DNA of 64,000 nt from Provencibacterium sp. Its GTDB lineage: Bacteria; Bacillota; Clostridia; Oscillospirales; Ruminococcaceae. Location of the stretch: contig JAAWDS010000040.1 of the NCBI GenBank assembly GCA_022793895.1, forward strand, positions 442 to 64,441. Reading direction: 5' to 3'. Positions 59,549 through 64,000 of this stretch are shown one piece after another (within the stretch, counting starts at the first letter, position 1; every line of letters begins with the position of its first letter). Under the pieces are notes generated by a model, which worked only from the letters and a program-made list of their open reading frames with translations, was not told the origin of the DNA and searched no databases. The position numbers and the translations under genes are program-made.

Positions 59549-60487
59549 ATGCGGATTTTTGATCTGCATTGCGATACGCTGACCTGCTGCAAAAAGAAGG
59601 GGTGGACGCTGGAAAACGGGGAGAACCACCTGCATCTTTCGGATGCCGAGGACTTTGACAGCTACATTCAGCTCTATGCCGTTTTTATCCCGGACGAGGT
59701 GCGCGGCGTGCAGGCGGAGAACTACTTCTCCATCCATAACGCCTACTACCGCCGCCAACTGGCGGAATCGGAAGGGATGCTGTATGACGTCCATTCGCTG
59801 AAAACGCTGGAACGTGCGGCGCAGCAGAAAGGCATGTCGGGCATTTTGGCGGTGGAAGGCGGCAGCGTGCTGCACGGGGATTTGGATATGGCGACGGTGC
59901 TCGCCAACGCCGGGGTGCGCAGCCTAACGCTGACCTGGAACAGCAACAACGAGATTGCCGGGGGCGTATTGGATGATGGAGGGCTGACCGCCTTTGGACG
60001 GGAGGCGGTTGCCGAGCTGGAGCGGCTGCGCATCGCAGTGGATGTTTCCCACCTCAACGACCGGAGCTTTTGGGAGGTGCTGGATGCGGCGTCCAAGCCG
60101 GTGATTGCGACCCACTCCAACGCGCGCAGCGTCTGCGGCCACCCGCGCAACCTGACCGGCGAGATGTTTGATGCGATTGTGGAGCAAGGCGGGCTGGTGG
60201 GGCTGAACTTTGCCCGGCAGTTTATCGCTCCTGACGAGGAGCCTGCGGATCTTGCGGCAATGGCGCGCCACGTCGTGTATTTTCTGGAACGGGGCGGGGA
60301 GGATGTCCTCGCGCTCGGCAGCGATTACGACGGCGCTATAATCGACGGTTGCATCGACCGGCCCTATAAGCTCAAAAATCTTTATCGGGCGCTGCTGGAG
60401 AACGGTGTGAGCGAGGCGCAGGCGGATAAGATCTTTTTCGGCAACGCCTTCCGGTTTTTCAGCCGCCTGTATGCCGGGGAGCTCTGA
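59549..60487 (+). CDS. Membrane dipeptidase (peptidase family M19)
   Basis: MRIFDLHCDT...LAVEGG...LTLTWNSNNE...VDVSHL...ATHSNAR...PRNL...LGSDYDG. Start at 59549 after AAGGGGGA. The listed ORF 59324 start overlaps yraN and is rejected. Confidence 0.88.
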   Translation: MRIFDLHCDTLTCCKKKGWTLENGENHLHLSDAEDFDSYIQLYAVFIPDEVRGVQAENYFSIHNAYYRRQLAESEGMLYDVHSLKTLERAAQQKGMSGILAVEGGSVLHGDLDMATVLANAGVRSLTLTWNSNNEIAGGVLDDGGLTAFGREAVAELERLRIAVDVSHLNDRSFWEVLDAASKPVIATHSNARSVCGHPRNLTGEMFDAIVEQGGLVGLNFARQFIAPDEEPADLAAMARHVVYFLERGGEDVLALGSDYDGAIIDGCIDRPYKLKNLYRALLENGVSEAQADKIFFGNAFRFFSRLYAGEL

Positions 60488-60587
60488 GAGCCGCGGGGGA
60501 ACGGGCTTTCTCTTTGGAGCCCTATCGCTTTCCCCCTTTTGATATTTGTGCGCCGGACACAGGAGCCGGCAGGAAACGGAGGTTAAC

Positions 60588-62075
60588 ATGCGCTATATCA
60601 GTACCCGCGATAAAGGAAACGTCAAAACGGCCAGCCAGGCCATTCTCCAGGGGATTGGCGAGGATGGGGGGCTGTTTGTGCCGCTGGAGCTGCCCACATT
60701 TTCGCAGGAGGAGCTTTTGCGGATGTGCGCCCTGGACTATGCTGGCCGCGCGGAGCAGGTGCTGGCTAAATTCCTGGGGGATTTTACCGCAGAGGAAATC
60801 ACCGGCTGCGTGCGCGCCGCCTATACCGGCGGGAGGTTTGAGGAGGAGCTGCCCGCTCCGCTCTCCCGGCTGGGAGAGGACTGCTACCTTCTGGAGCTGT
60901 GGCATGGGCCGACCTGCGCGTTTAAGGATATTGCGTTGCAGCTCCTGCCCGGATTGATGACGGTCAGCGCCCGCAAGAATGCGGTGAAGGACGAGCTGGT
61001 AATCCTGGTTGCGACTTCGGGCGATACCGGGAAGGCGGCGCTGGAAGGGTTTGCCGGCGTTCCGGGAACGCGGGTCCTCGTCTTTTACCCGCAGGACGGC
61101 GTGAGCGCCATGCAGAAGCACCAGATGCGCGCGCAGGAGGGGGAGAACGTCTGCGTCTGCGCTATCGAAGGCAATTTTGACGACGCGCAGACCGGCGTGA
61201 AGAGGATTTTCACCGATAAAGCCTTTGCCGGGCGGATGGAGAAAGCGGGCAAACGCTTTTCGAGCGCCAACTCGATCAACTTCGGGCGGCTGCTGCCGCA
61301 GATCGTTTATTATGTGGGCGCTTACTGCGACCTGGTGCGGGATGAGGAGCTGGCCTTCGGCGAGCCGCTGAACGTGGTCGTGCCGACGGGGAACTTTGGC
61401 AACATCCTCGCCGCTTACTATGCGAAGCAGATGGGCGTTCCGCTTGGGAAGCTGGTCTGCGCCTCGAACCGCAACAACGTTTTGAGCGACTTTCTGGAGA
61501 GCGGCGTCTATGATCGCAACCGCGGCTTTTACACCACCCTCTCGCCCTCGATGGATATTCTGATTTCCTCCAACCTGGAGCGGCTGCTCTTCGAGCTCTG
61601 CGGGCGGGATGAGCGGCAGGTATCCGCTTTGATGGCGCAGCTTCAGGAAGAAGGGCGCTATACCATCTCCGCGCCGATGCGCGCAGCGCTCCGGAAGGAC
61701 TTTACCGGCGGCTTCTGCGGCGACGATGAGACCCGGACGGTCATCCGCTCGGTTTATGAGCGCTATTCCTACTTGCTGGATCCGCACACGGCGGTGGCGT
61801 TCGGCGTTTATGAAAAGGTGCTGCCGCAGTTGGAGGGAAAAACGGTGGTGGTCTCCACCGCTTCGCCCTATAAATTTGCCGGCAGCGTTTGCGAAGCGCT
61901 GGGCCTTCCGGCCGCAGGGGAAGGGCTGTTTGCGGATATCGACGCGCTCCATGCCGCTACCGGCACGGCCGTCCCGGCCCCGCTCTCCCGGCTGCGCACA
62001 AAAGAAGCGCGCTTTTTTGACAGCTGTCCGGCCGGGGAGATGCCGGCCTACTGCGCGCGGCAGATGGGGCTTTAG
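60588..62075 (+). CDS. thrC: Threonine synthase (long form)
   Basis: MRYISTRDK...LELWHGPTCAFKD (PLP Lys)...ATSGDTGKAA...SANSINFGRLLPQ...VVPTGNFGN. Confidence 0.92.
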   Translation: MRYISTRDKGNVKTASQAILQGIGEDGGLFVPLELPTFSQEELLRMCALDYAGRAEQVLAKFLGDFTAEEITGCVRAAYTGGRFEEELPAPLSRLGEDCYLLELWHGPTCAFKDIALQLLPGLMTVSARKNAVKDELVILVATSGDTGKAALEGFAGVPGTRVLVFYPQDGVSAMQKHQMRAQEGENVCVCAIEGNFDDAQTGVKRIFTDKAFAGRMEKAGKRFSSANSINFGRLLPQIVYYVGAYCDLVRDEELAFGEPLNVVVPTGNFGNILAAYYAKQMGVPLGKLVCASNRNNVLSDFLESGVYDRNRGFYTTLSPSMDILISSNLERLLFELCGRDERQVSALMAQLQEEGRYTISAPMRAALRKDFTGGFCGDDETRTVIRSVYERYSYLLDPHTAVAFGVYEKVLPQLEGKTVVVSTASPYKFAGSVCEALGLPAAGEGLFADIDALHAATGTAVPAPLSRLRTKEARFFDSCPAGEMPAYCARQMGL

Positions 62076-62132
62076 CCCGGCCGCCCTGTCCCGCAGGGCG
62101 TGATTCCAAAGAGGATGGGGGCGGTTGCTCTT

Positions 62133-62843
62133 ATGGCGGTTTTTACCATCGGCGATCTTCATCTTTCCCTGGGGGCGGACAAACGGATGGACGTCTTTCC
62201 CGGATGGGAAAATTATGTGGAGCGCATTGAACGGCACTGGCGGGAAACGGTTTCGGGGGAGGATACGGTGGTGCTGGCCGGCGATCTCTCCTGGGGGATG
62301 ACGCTGGAGGCGTCGCTGCCGGATTTTCTCTTTTTGGAGCGGCTCCCCGGCCGCAAGCTGTTAATCAAGGGCAACCATGACTATTGGTGGTCCACCGGCG
62401 CGAAGATGCAGGACTTTTTCCAGCGGCACGGCCTTTCCACCCTCTCGCTGCTGCACAACAACGCCTATGCCTGCGAGGGCGCGGTCCTCTGCGGCAGCCG
62501 GGGCTGGCTCTTCGAGAAGGGGGAGCCGCATGACCGGAAGATTCTCCTGCGCGAAGCGATGCGGCTGGAGCTCTCGCTCAAGGAGGGTGGGAAGCACGAG
62601 GGGGAGCGAATCGTTTTTCTGCATTATCCGCCTCTTTATGGGGAGGAGGTTTCCCCGGAAATCATCGAGGTGCTCCAGCGCTTTGGGGTGCGCCGGTGTT
62701 ATTATGGGCATATCCATTCCGCCGGGTGCGCCCGCGCGGTCTGCGGACCGTTCGATGGGATCGGCTTTCAGTTGATTTCTGCCGATTTTCTGCGTTTCCG
62801 GCCGCTGCGGGTCGAGACGAATGGGACCGGATCGGCTGGATAA
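62133..62843 (+). CDS. Metallophosphoesterase family protein
   Basis: FTIGDLHLS...AGDLSW...GNHDYWW...LHYPP...GHIH are calcineurin-like phosphoesterase motifs. Confidence 0.82.
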   Translation: MAVFTIGDLHLSLGADKRMDVFPGWENYVERIERHWRETVSGEDTVVLAGDLSWGMTLEASLPDFLFLERLPGRKLLIKGNHDYWWSTGAKMQDFFQRHGLSTLSLLHNNAYACEGAVLCGSRGWLFEKGEPHDRKILLREAMRLELSLKEGGKHEGERIVFLHYPPLYGEEVSPEIIEVLQRFGVRRCYYGHIHSAGCARAVCGPFDGIGFQLISADFLRFRPLRVETNGTGSAG

Positions 62844-63039
62844 ATGTGAATGAATTGTAAATTCAGGCAGATTTTGGAGCGATAGAGCGGCGTTCCGGCA
62901 AAATAACTTAGGAAAAGGTCTGGTTTTTTGCCGGTGGATATGCTAAAATCGTAGGGATAGATTTATACCGGGCCGCGGACGCCGGAATGGGCGGGCCCGG
63001 ACCGGATGTTGAATAAGCGGTTTACAGGAGGACGAGGTA

Positions 63040-64000
63040 ATGACACTTACTTCACAGAAAAAGTTGGAAACGAACAAATATGAGCTGATCGTAGCCGTTG
63101 GCGCGGATGAATTTGGCCCGGCCGTGGATCGAGCGTTCCGCAAGAATATCCGCCGGTTTAACGTTCCCGGCTTCCGTAAGGGCAAGGCGCCGAAATCGGT
63201 TGTGTATAAAATGTACGGCGAAGGCGTATTCTATGAGGACGCGGTGAATGAGCTGTATCCGCGGGCCTATCAGCAGGCGGTGGAAGAGGCGAAGCTGGAG
63301 CCGGTCGCTTACCCGAAGATCGAGATTACGCAGGTGGATGGAAACGGCTTTACCTTCCGCGCCGAGGTGGTCTGCAAGCCTGAGGTGGAGATTGGGGAGT
63401 ATAAGGGAATAAAAGCGGAAAAATCCGTCAAGACTGTTGAGGACAGCGAGGTGGATGAGGAGCTCGATCGCCGCCGCCGCCGCAACGCGCGGATGCTGAC
63501 CGTCTCCGATCGTCCGGCCAAGGAAGGGGACACCGCCGTTATCGACTACGAGGGCTTTATCGACGGCGAAGCGTTTGAAGGCGGCAAGGGCGAAGGGCAT
63601 CACCTGCGCTTGGGAAGCGGCCAGTTTATTCCCGGCTTTGAGGATCAGGTGGTTGGGCACAGCACCGGCGAGGAGTTTGAAATTAACGTGACCTTCCCGG
63701 AGCAGTACCATGAGGAGCTCAGAGGGAAGGACGCCACCTTTAAGGTGAAGGTAAACGCCATCGAGGAGGAGCAGCTTCCCGATCTGGACGACGAGTTCGC
63801 TAAGGACGTCAGCGAGTTCGACACGCTGGACGCGCTGAAGGCGGATATCCGCGAGAAGCTCCAGGCGCAGAAAGAAAGCGCCGCGCAGGATGATTTTGAA
63901 AACGCGCTGGTCGATCAGATCATTGCCGGCCTCAAGGGCGAGATTCCCACCGAGATGTACGACAATAAAGTAGACGAGATGATGCACGACTATGAGGTCC
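63040..64000 (+). CDS. tig: Trigger factor (partial, continues beyond the window)
   Basis: Manual translation from ATG 63040 after AGGAGGA gives MTLTSQKKLETNKYELIVAV...VPGFRKGKAPKSVV (ribosome-binding GFRxGxxP)...FIPGFEDQVVGH (PPIase). The listed minus-strand ORF 63052..63987 is its shadow. Confidence 0.93.
   Translation, partial: MTLTSQKKLETNKYELIVAVGADEFGPAVDRAFRKNIRRFNVPGFRKGKAPKSVVYKMYGEGVFYEDAVNELYPRAYQQAVEEAKLEPVAYPKIEITQVDGNGFTFRAEVVCKPEVEIGEYKGIKAEKSVKTVEDSEVDEELDRRRRRNARMLTVSDRPAKEGDTAVIDYEGFIDGEAFEGGKGEGHHLRLGSGQFIPGFEDQVVGHSTGEEFEINVTFPEQYHEELRGKDATFKVKVNAIEEEQLPDLDDEFAKDVSEFDTLDALKADIREKLQAQKESAAQDDFENALVDQIIAGLKGEIPTEMYDNKVDEMMHDYEV

Noticed and set aside
60522-62237. A 571-aa minus-strand ORF antisense to thrC. 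Similar long antisense ORFs lie at 22717..24195, 21346..22293, 26899..28065, 42571..43761, 41528..42658, 46496..47461, 18953..19924, 37415..38440, 63052..63987 and 538..1242.
   Set aside because: Their translations are Arg/Ala/Gly/Pro/His-rich low-complexity strings with no recognisable motifs. The opposite strand in each case encodes a clearly recognisable conserved protein (ThrC, HydF, HydG, GuaB, AKR, ThyX/DJ-1, ADH, TrmO, ABC, Tig, RecQ). These are typical stop-codon-poor shadow frames of high-GC DNA.

Overview
This 64 kb window looks like chromosomal DNA from a high-GC, anaerobic, spore-forming Firmicute of Clostridia type. That taxonomic call is inferred from gene content: spoIVFA/spoIVFB, [FeFe]-hydrogenase maturases hydEGF, thyX and larB.

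Most of the window is conserved housekeeping, with about 60 supported CDS:
- recQ (partial) and tRNA-Gln.
- A TPP-riboswitch-controlled thiM-thiE-HAD-thiD operon.
- GH31 and GH1 glycosidase genes with an IclR regulator.
- trmO, a TM1266-like regulator plus hydE-hydG-hydF, ogg and guaB.
- spoIVFA/FB, potABCD and a MarR plus heterodimeric ABC exporter operon.
- flavodoxin, MBL hydrolase, 5-formyl-THF cyclo-ligase, DJ-1, thyX, an AKR-ferredoxin fusion, ptsI, larB and a Zn-ADH.
- pgsA, ftsE-ftsX-envC-like, rplS-lepB-rbgA-rnhB-yraN, an M19 dipeptidase, thrC and tig (partial).

No transposase, integrase, prophage gene or CRISPR array is visible. Because of the high GC content, the ORF track contains many long antisense shadow ORFs, which I rejected.

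The clearly non-ordinary part is a visibly lower-GC block at about 1.6-9.7 kb, next to tRNA-Gln.
- It holds two orphan type I R-M specificity (hsdS) genes in inverted orientation. They share a 63 bp perfect inverted repeat across the RBS, start codon and N-terminus.
- A third hsdS N-terminal remnant lies just after hsdS1.
- No hsdM, hsdR or recombinase is present in the window.
- The hsdS genes enclose an ECF-like sigma factor with a C-terminal extension, a DUF2461 gene, a DUF3795 gene and an XRE-HTH fused to a desulfoferrodoxin-like domain.
- The whole block is bracketed by a second, outer pair of about 63 nt hairpin-rich inverted repeats.

Other points worth a second look:
- A promoter, roughly 110 nt leader and intrinsic terminator upstream of the hyd maturase operon.
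- A 19 nt exact repeat present three times in intergenic DNA.
- A family of very long perfect hairpins sharing an AAAAACGC-NNN-GCGTTTTT core.
- A tandem kinase-fold protein with degenerate catalytic motifs.
- A PotD with a C-terminal membrane anchor.

All family assignments come from reading the translated ORFs and motifs by eye. No database search was run.
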